A stretch of DNA of 24,822 bases from a virus. Its lineage: Duplodnaviria > Caudoviricetes. The first letter of the stretch is position 1. Each line of letters starts with the position of its first letter. Shown here piece by piece: positions 8,899 to 16,555 of this stretch. The DNA lies in the IMG/VR virus record IMGVR_UViG_3300012041_000061, positions 1-24,822 of that record; one strand, given 5' to 3'. The notes under the pieces were generated by a model, which saw nothing but the letters and a program-made list of their open reading frames with translations, was not told the origin of the DNA and searched no databases. The translations under genes were made by a program, and so were the position numbers.

Positions 8899-10296
8899 TC
8901 ACACGTACCGCCCCCGGAGCGCCCGCCGCACGCCCAGGACGTGCCCGCGCACGACATACGCCGCCATCGTGTCCGCGCGCCCCGGCACGGACCAGCTCTG
9001 CCCCGCCGCGAGGTCGGTCTCGACGACCGTCTGATGCGTCAGCGGGTCGATCGCCGCCACATGACACGCGCGCGCCGCCGTGCCGGCCGGCACCGGCCCG
9101 ACCGCCTGGATGCTCTTGCACCCGGTGAGCATGACGACGAACTCCGACCCCGCGATCGCCGCGTAGTTCTTGTTCACCGCCGGCGCGACGTCGTCCGCCC
9201 CGCCTTCCCAGAACCCCTCATGCGGGTCGAGCGGCAGCGGGTGATCGCTCCGGCCGTTATTCACGACCTTCCAATTCTCGACGCCGAGCGGCAGCAGCGG
9301 GTCCGCGGCGCGCACACTGCGCATGATGGTGTCGATGTTCGGGACCTCCCACATGTTCGCGGGCCGGCCGTAATCGGGACTCGCGATCCCGAGCACGCCC
9401 TGCCCGACGTGGAGCACATACCCGGCGCCGCCGCACAGGATGCCGAGGAGCCGACAGCAGACCAGCTGGAGCGGGTCATCCATTGACACGACGCTCGATT
9501 GCGGCCCCTCGGGCTCGTTGTTGAAGACGGCGCCGGGGAAATCCTTGAAATCGTACGCCTGTCTGACATGGCTCCAGCCGTGATCGTGGCTGCTCCGCCG
9601 GGGGTGCAGCGTGAAGCTGTTCGCGCCGGCCTCGGCGGTCGCGAGCTTCATCGCGCCGTAGCCGCTCACGGGCTCGGCCTTGTCCTCAGCCAGCCACTGG
9701 TCGAGCGTGACGGCCTCCTCGCGGGCGCCCTTCGGCCGGGACAGCGCGACCAGGTTGGGCGTCTGCGCGACGACGACCTCGGCCATGTCGACGAGGTCGT
9801 CCATCGAGACCTTATCGAGCCGGTCCCACTCGTTCGCGCACTCGTAGTGCAGCACCTTGTGCTCGGCCCCCCGCAGGGCGTCGGTGACCTGGCGCGCCAG
9901 CTGCGCCGGGACGAACCGCCGCGCGCCGGTGTACTTGTCAAACTGCCGGCCGCCGACGATCGTGAGCTCGGTGCGCAGGCCGTACTGGTCATAGGCCGTG
10001 TCGACGAACCCGCGCAGGATGGCCGCGTAGTCGGGCCAGCTCGGCTCGATGCTCCGGCCCTTCCAATCGACCTCGCCGAGGATGCGCACGTAGTCGAACG
10101 CATGCGAGGCGAGGAACTCGAGATGCTCGACGACGCGCGCGCGTTCAAACTTCCAGCCGTAGAGCGCCCAGAAGAACGTGACGCCCAAGGGGTGGAAGAC
10201 GCCCGTATCGTCGCCGATCACGTGATGCGCCGCGCGCACCAGGCCCTCGCGCCGGATGGCGGTCGCGGGCGAGCCGTCGAGCAGGAGCAGGCTCAT
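8899..10296 (-). CDS. Putative clan GH-A (TIM-barrel) glycoside hydrolase-like protein
   Basis: 'FDYVRILG', 'YECANEW' (acid/base), 'TLHP', 'VFNNEP' (nucleophile), followed by a beta-rich C-terminal domain. Confidence 0.65.
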   Translation of the reverse strand: MSLLLLDGSPATAIRREGLVRAAHHVIGDDTGVFHPLGVTFFWALYGWKFERARVVEHLEFLASHAFDYVRILGEVDWKGRSIEPSWPDYAAILRGFVDTAYDQYGLRTELTIVGGRQFDKYTGARRFVPAQLARQVTDALRGAEHKVLHYECANEWDRLDKVSMDDLVDMAEVVVAQTPNLVALSRPKGAREEAVTLDQWLAEDKAEPVSGYGAMKLATAEAGANSFTLHPRRSSHDHGWSHVRQAYDFKDFPGAVFNNEPEGPQSSVVSMDDPLQLVCCRLLGILCGGAGYVLHVGQGVLGIASPDYGRPANMWEVPNIDTIMRSVRAADPLLPLGVENWKVVNNGRSDHPLPLDPHEGFWEGGADDVAPAVNKNYAAIAGSEFVVMLTGCKSIQAVGPVPAGTAARACHVAAIDPLTHQTVVETDLAAGQSWSVPGRADTMAAYVVRGHVLGVRRALRGRYV

Positions 10297-10299
10297 GGG

Positions 10300-11346
10300 C
10301 TAGTCCACCAGCGGGATCGCGAAGGACTCCCCCGCCTCGATGAAGACGGCGCGGTTCCCGTCCGCGCTCGGGACCCAGGTCTCCCACGCGCCGGCCGCCT
10401 CCGCCGGGCGCATCTCTTTCGAGCCATCGGGCTGAATCGAGAGGACCGTGCGGGTCTGCGGCTGGCCGTCGGGCCCGTGCTTCGGATAGTAGGTGTGAAA
10501 CGCGCCGGGCTTGCCGGGCGCCTCGAACGAGCGCGCGCGAGAGATGCAGAACGTCGCCTTGCCAGTGTCGTCAGCCATCGGAGGGTCCTCCTGCGGCACG
10601 CCGTAGGCGGCCGGTTTCCAGTCACTCGGGTCCCAGGGGTAGCGGCGGATGCCGTAGGTCTCGCCGGGGTTCGGGCCGTCGTTGAGCTGATAGAGCACGG
10701 CGACCGCGGTGTAGGCGCGCCAGAACGCCCATTCTTGGCCGATGCGCTCGGCCTGCTGCGCGTCGGTGAGGTTCCCCGGGCCCGTCGGGTAGCCGAACTC
10801 GGTGACGATGAACGGCAGCCCATCGCAGAGGCGCAGGAGGTGCTCGACCTCGGCCTCGCGCGAGTCGAACCCGTCGTGCGGGCGCTCAAAGGTGCCGTCG
10901 CCGTAGCGATGCACGCTGAGGCCGTGCAGGCCCGACGGCCAGCCGCTCCCGCGCACCCGCTCGAGCCAGAAGAGCGAGTTGCGGTCCAGGTTCGAGAGCG
11001 CGGGCGCCCAGAGGCGGAGATGGAAATACGCCGCGCGCTCGCAGGCGAGGTCGAGCTGGGTCCGGTACGTCGAGGGGAGAATGTCGCCATCCGGCTCGTT
11101 CCCCCACTCGACGTCCATGACCGCTGGGGTCACACCGAGCACGTCCAGGCGGGCGAGGTCAGAGACGATCGGCAAGGGGTGCAGCGCCGCCTTGTCGGCA
11201 TCGTCGATCATCGCGGCCATCGTCGCGCCGTCACTCGTCTGGCAGTCGATGCGCGCCCACCGGAAGCCGAGGGCGCGGATCTCCTCGAGCGTCGGCACGT
11301 CGACGCGCGCGTTGAAATGGGTCTGGAGGCTCGGGAAGTAACTCAT
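10300..11346 (-). CDS. Clan GH-A glycoside hydrolase (GH5/GH39-like) with C-terminal beta domain
   Basis: 'LGFRWARID', 'EWGNEPD', 'LSVHRY', 'PFIVTEFGY', 'LYQLND'; ATG overlaps the upstream stop (ATGA). Confidence 0.78.
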   Translation of the reverse strand: MSYFPSLQTHFNARVDVPTLEEIRALGFRWARIDCQTSDGATMAAMIDDADKAALHPLPIVSDLARLDVLGVTPAVMDVEWGNEPDGDILPSTYRTQLDLACERAAYFHLRLWAPALSNLDRNSLFWLERVRGSGWPSGLHGLSVHRYGDGTFERPHDGFDSREAEVEHLLRLCDGLPFIVTEFGYPTGPGNLTDAQQAERIGQEWAFWRAYTAVAVLYQLNDGPNPGETYGIRRYPWDPSDWKPAAYGVPQEDPPMADDTGKATFCISRARSFEAPGKPGAFHTYYPKHGPDGQPQTRTVLSIQPDGSKEMRPAEAAGAWETWVPSADGNRAVFIEAGESFAIPLVD

Positions 11347-11564
11347 GGCGGGTCGTCTCGGAGAATCCGCTCGATCGCCTCGAGCGCGTCCTTGATGTTC
11401 GCGACGCACATCCCGACGGTGCCCACGAGCGCCTTCACCTCGGCGTCGAGCGCGACCAGCGGACAGGTCGGGAGATGCCGCGGCGCGGCCCCGCGACAGA
11501 CGATGCAGATCACGCGGCGCCCCTCTTCCACGGTGAACCGCGGCGCCGGAAGGTTAGCGGGCAT
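11343..11564 (-). CDS. Small CxxC-H-C protein with coiled-coil tail
   Basis: 'CIVCRG...HLPTC'; coupled to the downstream hydrolase. Confidence 0.55.
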   Translation of the reverse strand: MPANLPAPRFTVEEGRRVICIVCRGAAPRHLPTCPLVALDAEVKALVGTVGMCVANIKDALEAIERILRDDPP

Positions 11565-11778
11565 ACGGCCCTCGACGGCTCGCGACGCGGAACCGGCGAT
11601 CCGGCGTCGCCATACCATGGCGTGACGTCGCCTTATTCGCCTCGATCAGGGCCTGCACCTCCTCGGCGGCTTCAATGCGCATCCGGTAGCGGGTCCAGAG
11701 GACGAACCCGAGGACCACGCACACGAGCAGCATCACGAAGAGCAGGACCCCGGTGACGGCGACAAGGTGGGTCAGCAT
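11554..11778 (-). CDS. Single-TM membrane protein (holin/antiholin candidate)
   Basis: N-terminal hydrophobic stretch of about 25 aa, basic C-terminus. Confidence 0.55.
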   Translation of the reverse strand: MLTHLVAVTGVLLFVMLLVCVVLGFVLWTRYRMRIEAAEEVQALIEANKATSRHGMATPDRRFRVASRRGPYAR

Positions 11779-11820
11779 CGATCGGGCGCCCCTTTCAGTG
11801 CCGCTTTTCGTCCCGTCGGA

Positions 11821-11990
11821 TTATGCACAGGCTTTTCCACAGGCTAACTGCTTGAGCGCACGACGATAACATCACTTTTCCACTTTTCCACAGGCCGTAT
11901 TCGTACGGCGCGCGAAACGCGCGCCGGTTGTATTCTCTTGTGTTGTCTTGTCTTGTCTTGTCTTGTACACGAACAAAGTTCGAACACGAA
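11821..11990. promoter_or_regulatory. Probable replication origin
   Basis: DnaA boxes TTATGCACA 11821-11829, TTTTCCACA 11833-11841 and 11884-11892, TTTTCCACT 11876-11884; IHF-like TAACTGCTTGAG 11845-11856; 9-bp inverted repeat 11906-11926; pentamer repeats; adjacent to the initiator gene. Confidence 0.7.
11936..11965. repeat. Six tandem TCTTG pentamers (one TGTTG variant)
   Basis: tcttg tgttg tcttg tcttg tcttg tcttg read directly. Confidence 0.9.
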
Positions 11991-12000
11991 TCCGCTCCCC

Positions 12001-12375
12001 TTACTCGGTGAACACTAGCTCTTGTTGTTTCAGCGTCAGATGACGCTTCGTGTACGTATCCGCCCGCCGTTCCATCGCCGGTATCCAGATCCCGCGGGAC
12101 CGCTGCCAGGCCTCGCGCTGAAAATGCCCCGTCCGGACGCAGATGTCGACGAGTTGCTGGAACTGGTCGTCCGACAGGAGACTCGCCGCCGCGAGGTCAT
12201 CCAAAGGGAGGGGCTGATCGTCCCGATCGAGGGCCCGCCCCGGATAGCAGCCATGTTTCGCCACATGACACCAGACGCCGGTCAGCCCCCCGAGGCCCGC
12301 CGGCCCCAGCGCGCGCGTCACCGCCCGGATCTTCGGGTCGTGCGGCATGTCGCTGTCGAGCTGGAACCACTTCAC
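12001..12375 (-). CDS. Replication initiator N-terminal-type protein (replisome organizer / Lin1244-like)
   Basis: 'MKWFQLDSDMPHDPKI...G.AG.G....VWC' N-terminal signature; only 124 aa. Confidence 0.72.
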   Translation of the reverse strand: MKWFQLDSDMPHDPKIRAVTRALGPAGLGGLTGVWCHVAKHGCYPGRALDRDDQPLPLDDLAAASLLSDDQFQQLVDICVRTGHFQREAWQRSRGIWIPAMERRADTYTKRHLTLKQQELVFTE

Positions 12376-12686
12376 CGCCGGGCCCCCGCAAAATACCGCG
12401 GCGCCTCGGTCGCGTCCTCGCCCTCAAGCCACGCCTGCACCTTCCGCCCGCTGTACCGCGCGACGTTCCCAATCCGCGGCCGGAGCTCGAACTGCTTGAA
12501 CTCGTTGGTCGCCTGGAGCTCGTAGGCGCGCGTGCGCCGCAGCTCGAGGATGGCCGCGAGGTCGTCGAGGTAGAGCACCCCCGGCAACGGCTCGCCGACC
12601 ACGAACGCACTATTCCCGTAGACGCGCGGGGCGTCGGGGGCGCGCGGCGGGTCGATGGTCGTGGCTGCGGAGGACCGGCGCGGCAT
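12372..12686 (-). CDS. Excisionase/AlpA-like winged HTH protein
   Basis: 'LYLDDLAAILELRRTRAYEL...RIG..ARYS...VQAWL'; AAGGAG SD before ATG 12686. Confidence 0.7.
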   Translation of the reverse strand: MPRRSSAATTIDPPRAPDAPRVYGNSAFVVGEPLPGVLYLDDLAAILELRRTRAYELQATNEFKQFELRPRIGNVARYSGRKVQAWLEGEDATEAPRYFAGARR

Positions 12687-12984
12687 GGGCGTCTCCTTCA
12701 GGGGGCGGGGCAGGGGTCCAGCCCTTCGTGACGAGGTAGTGGACGAACGTCCGGAGCTTATGGAGCGTGCGATCGAGCGGACGCATCGGCGGGGGGTCGT
12801 GGGTGCAGAGATAATGCACCGTGCGCCACGACATCGGCACGCCGGCGCGGGCCATCTCGTGCCCGACGTCGCGCCACGTCCAGTCGCGCGCCAGGCGCAC
12901 CGCATTGATCGCGAGGCATTCCGGCAACATCATCATTTCCGCCGTGGTGCAATCCCTACACAGGTTGCACGTATGCGACAGCAT
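12610..12984 (-). CDS. Cro-like HTH protein (start may be near 12936)
   Basis: 'VRLARDWTWRDVGHEM...MSWRTVHYL...RTLHKL'; divergent from the repressor. Confidence 0.65.
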   Translation of the reverse strand: MLSHTCNLCRDCTTAEMMMLPECLAINAVRLARDWTWRDVGHEMARAGVPMSWRTVHYLCTHDPPPMRPLDRTLHKLRTFVHYLVTKGWTPAPPPEGDAHAAPVLRSHDHRPAARPRRPARLRE

Positions 12985-13097
12985 TCACTTATAGGGACAT
13001 GACGACAAAAAAACAAGGGGCGAGATGTAGCACCGCGAGAAAACGTCCTACACCAGTGCTAGTGTGGGTTGTGCAACCCTTGCAAACTGTGTAAGAG

Positions 13098-13499
13098 ATG
13101 GCTAAGAGAGTCGCGGTGTTGGCGAAACTGCTCGCCGAATTGCTCGCGACGTACGGCGGCACGCAGAAAGATTTCGCGGACGCGATCGGGATCACGCGCC
13201 CGCATCTCAGTCACTTGCTGAGCGGCGCGCCGCAATACGCCACCATTAGTGTCGAACTGTGTCTCACGATCGCCGAGGTTGGGAAGACCTCCGCCTCGCG
13301 TGTCCTGCGCGCCGCCAACAAAGCCGACATCGCCGAACTGATCGAGCGGCTCTACGGCGGCCCTGCGCTCGTGCGCACCAGTGATCCCTCGGTGTCGGAA
13401 GCCGATCGCCGGCTGCTCGCCAAGTTGAAATCGTTGGATCGCAAGACCTACCGCGCGATCGTCACGCTCATCGAATCCTGGGCGGTGACGGCGCGATAA
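13098..13499 (+). CDS. XRE-family HTH repressor (CI-like, no S24 peptidase domain)
   Basis: 'TQKDFADAIGITRPHLSHLLSG'; divergent switch layout. Confidence 0.85.
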   Translation: MAKRVAVLAKLLAELLATYGGTQKDFADAIGITRPHLSHLLSGAPQYATISVELCLTIAEVGKTSASRVLRAANKADIAELIERLYGGPALVRTSDPSVSEADRRLLAKLKSLDRKTYRAIVTLIESWAVTAR

Positions 13500-13610
13500 C
13501 GTATCCCTCGCACATTTGTCGCACAATGTGGTAAACAACCCGCGGCCCGCCGTGGTAATCACCAGTTTGAGCGCCCCCACGCTCGCGGGCCCCACACACT
13601 CGGCGGAGGC

Positions 13611-13859
13611 GTGAACCTTATGCAGCGCGCGACGACTTCGCGGCGGCGGCGGCGGTCTCCTTCCCTGTCCACCCTGCTCACGCACGCCGTGCGTGATCTG
13701 CAGCGGGCGGCCACCGCGCTCACGGCGCTCGCCGGCGCGCTCGAGACGCAGGGCCTCACGCCGCCGGTGCGCGACGCGCTCGGGCACCTGATCGCGCGCG
13801 CGCAGAATCATCAGACACATCTCTGGCTCACGCTGGCGTCGGTGAGCACGCTGGCCTAG
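13611..13859 (+). CDS. Hypothetical helical protein
   Basis: GGAGG SD upstream; co-oriented with the repressor. Confidence 0.55.
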   Translation: MNLMQRATTSRRRRRSPSLSTLLTHAVRDLQRAATALTALAGALETQGLTPPVRDALGHLIARAQNHQTHLWLTLASVSTLA

Positions 13860-13894
13860 TGCCAGCGTGCCACTGTGTGCAACGTCGTTGCAAG

Positions 13895-14140
13895 CTACTG
13901 AATCAGTTGCCGGCGAATGATCTGCACGTACGCGCGGAGATTGGTCTCGATGTGGGCATAGTCGCGCGCGAGGTCAGCCGGGGACTGCTGCAGGCTGTTG
14001 ACGGCGAGAATCCACGCGATCTGATACGTGAGCGCCTCGATGATCACCTTGCCATCGGTCTTCGGGGGCAAGGTCACCTCGAGCCAGGTCTGTAACTGTT
14101 CTTGCAGATCGAGCGCGTGCGTCATAGGGTCCCGCGCCAT
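13895..14140 (-). CDS. 81-aa hypothetical protein coupled to integrase
   Basis: MARDPMTHALDLQEQLQTW...; ATG overlaps the integrase TGA (TGATG). Confidence 0.65.
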   Translation of the reverse strand: MARDPMTHALDLQEQLQTWLEVTLPPKTDGKVIIEALTYQIAWILAVNSLQQSPADLARDYAHIETNLRAYVQIIRRQLIQ

Positions 14141-15360
14141 CACGCACCGCCTTTCGCACGCTTCACGAGGCGCGGGCCGAACACGCCCTTGAGGCGGCCG
14201 TCGATCGCGTCGCTGACGGACCGCTGGCGCGCGATCGCGAGCGGCCCGTAGAACGCGCGCGTCGTCTCGGCTTTCGTGTGGCCCATGAGGCCCTGCACGT
14301 CGTCGAGCTGCACGTCGTGGGATTGCAGGGCATCCTGCGCGATCGAATGCCGCGCGTTGTACGGCCGAATCGCCGCGGGCCAGCCGCACACGCGCAAGCG
14401 CTTCGCGTGGAGTGACGTGTCGTACACGCCCCAGGCGTGCGCCTTGATGAACGCGCGCCACGCTTTCACCATGTCGGTGTTGAGCGTGACGGTATGCGCC
14501 GGCGCGCCCTTCGCGCTGCGCACAATCCAGAGCCGGGCCTCGAGCTTCACATCCGACGGCTGCGCGCGCATGAGCTGCGTCGGCCGCTGCCCGGTCGTGT
14601 TCAACACGAGATAGCGGCCGTAGGTGTCCGGCCAGTCGGTTTTCGCGAGCGCCTTCGCGACGAGCCGGATCGTCTCGACCTCGACGCCGACCGGCAGGCC
14701 GGGCTCGATCGCCGGAATCTTCGCGGCGTCGACCGCGGTCGTCGGCAGCCCTTCCGCGAGCAGAAACTCCCGCAGCAGGCGGCAGCGATGCCGCACCGTG
14801 CGGACGGCGACGACGAGCGGCCCGCTCGTGGTCGGGGTCGTGCGCGCGTAGCCGTCGATCGCCTTTCCGTGCCGGGCATAGGCCGTGACGGTGATGCGGC
14901 GGACCGCACGGGGCTGCCCCGGCGTGCCGGCGGGAGGCGGCGTGCGCCACGCGCTGATCACCACGTTGACGTCGGCCGTCGTAATCGCGGCCGGGGCCTT
15001 CGCCCCGATCGCCTGCCCGTCGGCGCCCGTCGCCCGCAGCCACGCGCGCAGGTGCGAGCGGTCGGCCTTGAAGGACACACGGCCCGTGATCTGCGGCCAG
15101 AACGTCTCGAGACGGGCCCCGAGCGTGGGGCCCACCTTGGCCCCTGGGCGCGGCGCGGCCGGCTCAAGGGGCGCGAGGCTCAATTCTTTCTTTTTGTCGA
15201 GCTGCCACTGCTGCATGACGTAGAGCGGCGTGTCGAGGCCACAGAGGGCCGCCGGCATCGAGTAGAGCGTGCCGTGGTGCTTGACGCGGACATCGTGGCC
15301 GGAGGCGTGCCGGTAGATTTGGGTCGCGATCTGGGTCTTGAGCTGCGGGCGTTTGGGCAT
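14140..15360 (-). CDS. int: Tyrosine integrase
   Basis: Catalytic set TGQR...K...YNARHS...MGH...FY; AGGAG SD before ATG 15360 (the track extends to 15465); next to att. Confidence 0.92.
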   Translation of the reverse strand: MPKRPQLKTQIATQIYRHASGHDVRVKHHGTLYSMPAALCGLDTPLYVMQQWQLDKKKELSLAPLEPAAPRPGAKVGPTLGARLETFWPQITGRVSFKADRSHLRAWLRATGADGQAIGAKAPAAITTADVNVVISAWRTPPPAGTPGQPRAVRRITVTAYARHGKAIDGYARTTPTTSGPLVVAVRTVRHRCRLLREFLLAEGLPTTAVDAAKIPAIEPGLPVGVEVETIRLVAKALAKTDWPDTYGRYLVLNTTGQRPTQLMRAQPSDVKLEARLWIVRSAKGAPAHTVTLNTDMVKAWRAFIKAHAWGVYDTSLHAKRLRVCGWPAAIRPYNARHSIAQDALQSHDVQLDDVQGLMGHTKAETTRAFYGPLAIARQRSVSDAIDGRLKGVFGPRLVKRAKGGA

Positions 15361-15484
15361 GGTTGGCGGCTCCTGTTCCGCCAGGGTGGAGCACCGGCCG
15401 AGCTCGTTGGGTATGTCACCCAAAGGTCGACTGGTTGCACTGATTGCACAAGTTGCACGGAGCATAACCCAACGAGCTCCAGAT

Positions 15485-15797
15485 GTCCACCACCCGGCCC
15501 TCCACCCGGGAGTCCGGACCCCACCGAAATCCTTAGGAAATCAGCGGACGGGGGCGGACGTGGGTGGACGCGCGGGAACTCCCACCCGCGCGGCCGATTT
15601 CGGGCTGTTTTCGCGTTTTCGTTAGGGTTTCTGGGGGTTTTAGGTGGTTGCGGGGGGGGGATTTGAACCCCCGACCTTTGGGTTATGAGCCCACAGGTGC
15701 GCTTGTAAGTGACTGATTAGACTCGGTCGTCCGCTGTCTACCACCCACGTCTACCACCCGCCGCCCGGTTTCGGCCCTGTTCACCCCTGTCCGCTCC
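15485..15797. repeat. Integrase arm-type repeats and IHF site around the att core
   Basis: GTCYACCACCC at 15485, 15736, 15749; three GYGGACG-ending units at 10-bp period 15542-15570; TGTTCACCCC/TGTCCGCTCC 15778-15797; IHF consensus AATCAG-N4-TTA on minus 15706-15718. Confidence 0.65.
15645..15693 (-). mobile_element. attP core: 3' half of initiator tRNA-Met(CAT)
   Basis: TGGG-CTCATAA-CCCAA-AGGTC-GGGGG-TTCAAAT-CCCCC-CCCCGCA-A-CCA. Three G-C pairs in the anticodon stem mark an initiator tRNA; no D arm or 5' acceptor strand upstream. Confidence 0.9.
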
Positions 15798-15942
15798 CGA
15801 CCGCTTTAGCGCAGGCCCAAAGGTCGTGACGCGCGGTGAATCCCGACAATGTGAGGGGGGGCAAATTGTCCGGATTACGATGTCTTGCGATCGCAATCAT
15901 CGCAATCCCCTACCGCTGGCGAATCCGTGCTATCCTCGCGCT

Positions 15943-16122
15943 ATGCCCAAACGCCGACACAGAAAGAACCCCGCCGCCGTCGAGCTCGGCCGCCGCGGCG
16001 GGCTCGCCCGCGGCAAGACCGTGCTCAAGAGTATCCCGGCCGAGACGCGCCAGGCGCTCGCCAGCCATGCCTCTCGCGCCCGCTGGGCGCAGGTGCGCGC
16101 GAAGAAGGAGGCGGCGTCATGA
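15943..16122 (+). CDS. 59-aa basic protein (KNPAAVxLGRxGG family), probably nucleic-acid binding
   Basis: 'KNPAAVELGRRGGLARG...ASRARW'; extended -10 TGCTATCCT ends 6 nt before the ATG (leaderless). Confidence 0.75.
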   Translation: MPKRRHRKNPAAVELGRRGGLARGKTVLKSIPAETRQALASHASRARWAQVRAKKEAAS

Positions 16123-16334
16123 GCCTCCGACTCGGCGCGCTCCACGACGCGCTGCTCGACCCCGGCAATGCTGAGAAGGCCGTACGGGCGGCCGAAGAGG
16201 TCGCCGGCTACGACAAGGCCCTTATGGACATCCGCGGCGACCTGCGGGTGATTCACTGGATGCTGGGGGTCATGCTCATCATGATCGTCGGGCTGTTCTG
16301 GCAGGGCTTCACGATCATGGGACGGTTGCCATGA
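16119..16334 (+). CDS. Small coiled-coil protein with C-terminal TM helix
   Basis: ATGA overlap; 'LHDAL...EKA..AAEEVA...IRGDLRVIHWMLGVML'. Confidence 0.75.
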   Translation: MSLRLGALHDALLDPGNAEKAVRAAEEVAGYDKALMDIRGDLRVIHWMLGVMLIMIVGLFWQGFTIMGRLP

Positions 16335-16522
16335 TGGTGCGCGAACTCTACGACGCGCTCATCTCCGTCGGCTGCGACAACGCGCTCGCGCGCGCGGCGG
16401 CCGAGGCTGTGGCACCAGCGGAGTATGTACACGAACTCGAGGCCGAGGTCGACGAGCTCTACAGGCGCGTCATAGAGCTCGAGGCGGCACGGCAGCCGGT
16501 GGACGCGCGATCACGAAAATAA
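16331..16522 (+). CDS. Soluble paralog of the preceding protein
   Basis: 'ELYDALISVG...ARAAAEAVA' plus coiled coil; ATGA overlap. Confidence 0.7.
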   Translation: MMVRELYDALISVGCDNALARAAAEAVAPAEYVHELEAEVDELYRRVIELEAARQPVDARSRK

Positions 16523-16526
16523 CCCC

Positions 16527-16555
16527 TTGACATTGCGCTGCCGCTAGCGCATACT
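16527..16555 (+). promoter_or_regulatory. Sigma70 promoter
   Basis: TTGACA-17 nt-CATACT. Confidence 0.8.

Noticed and set aside
11936-11965. CRISPR array or contingency repeat
   Set aside because: Spacerless pentamer tandem, apparently intergenic; better explained as part of the origin.
13895-15043. 382-aa ORF overlapping the integrase
   Set aside because: Only the last 81 codons, from the coupled ATG at 14140, look like real protein.
15380-15460. Functional tRNA on the plus strand
   Set aside because: D and anticodon stems are present, but there is no T-loop consensus, no acceptor pairing and no U33.
15645-15720. Complete tRNA-Met gene
   Set aside because: No D arm or 5' acceptor strand upstream of the anticodon stem; it is an att core fragment.
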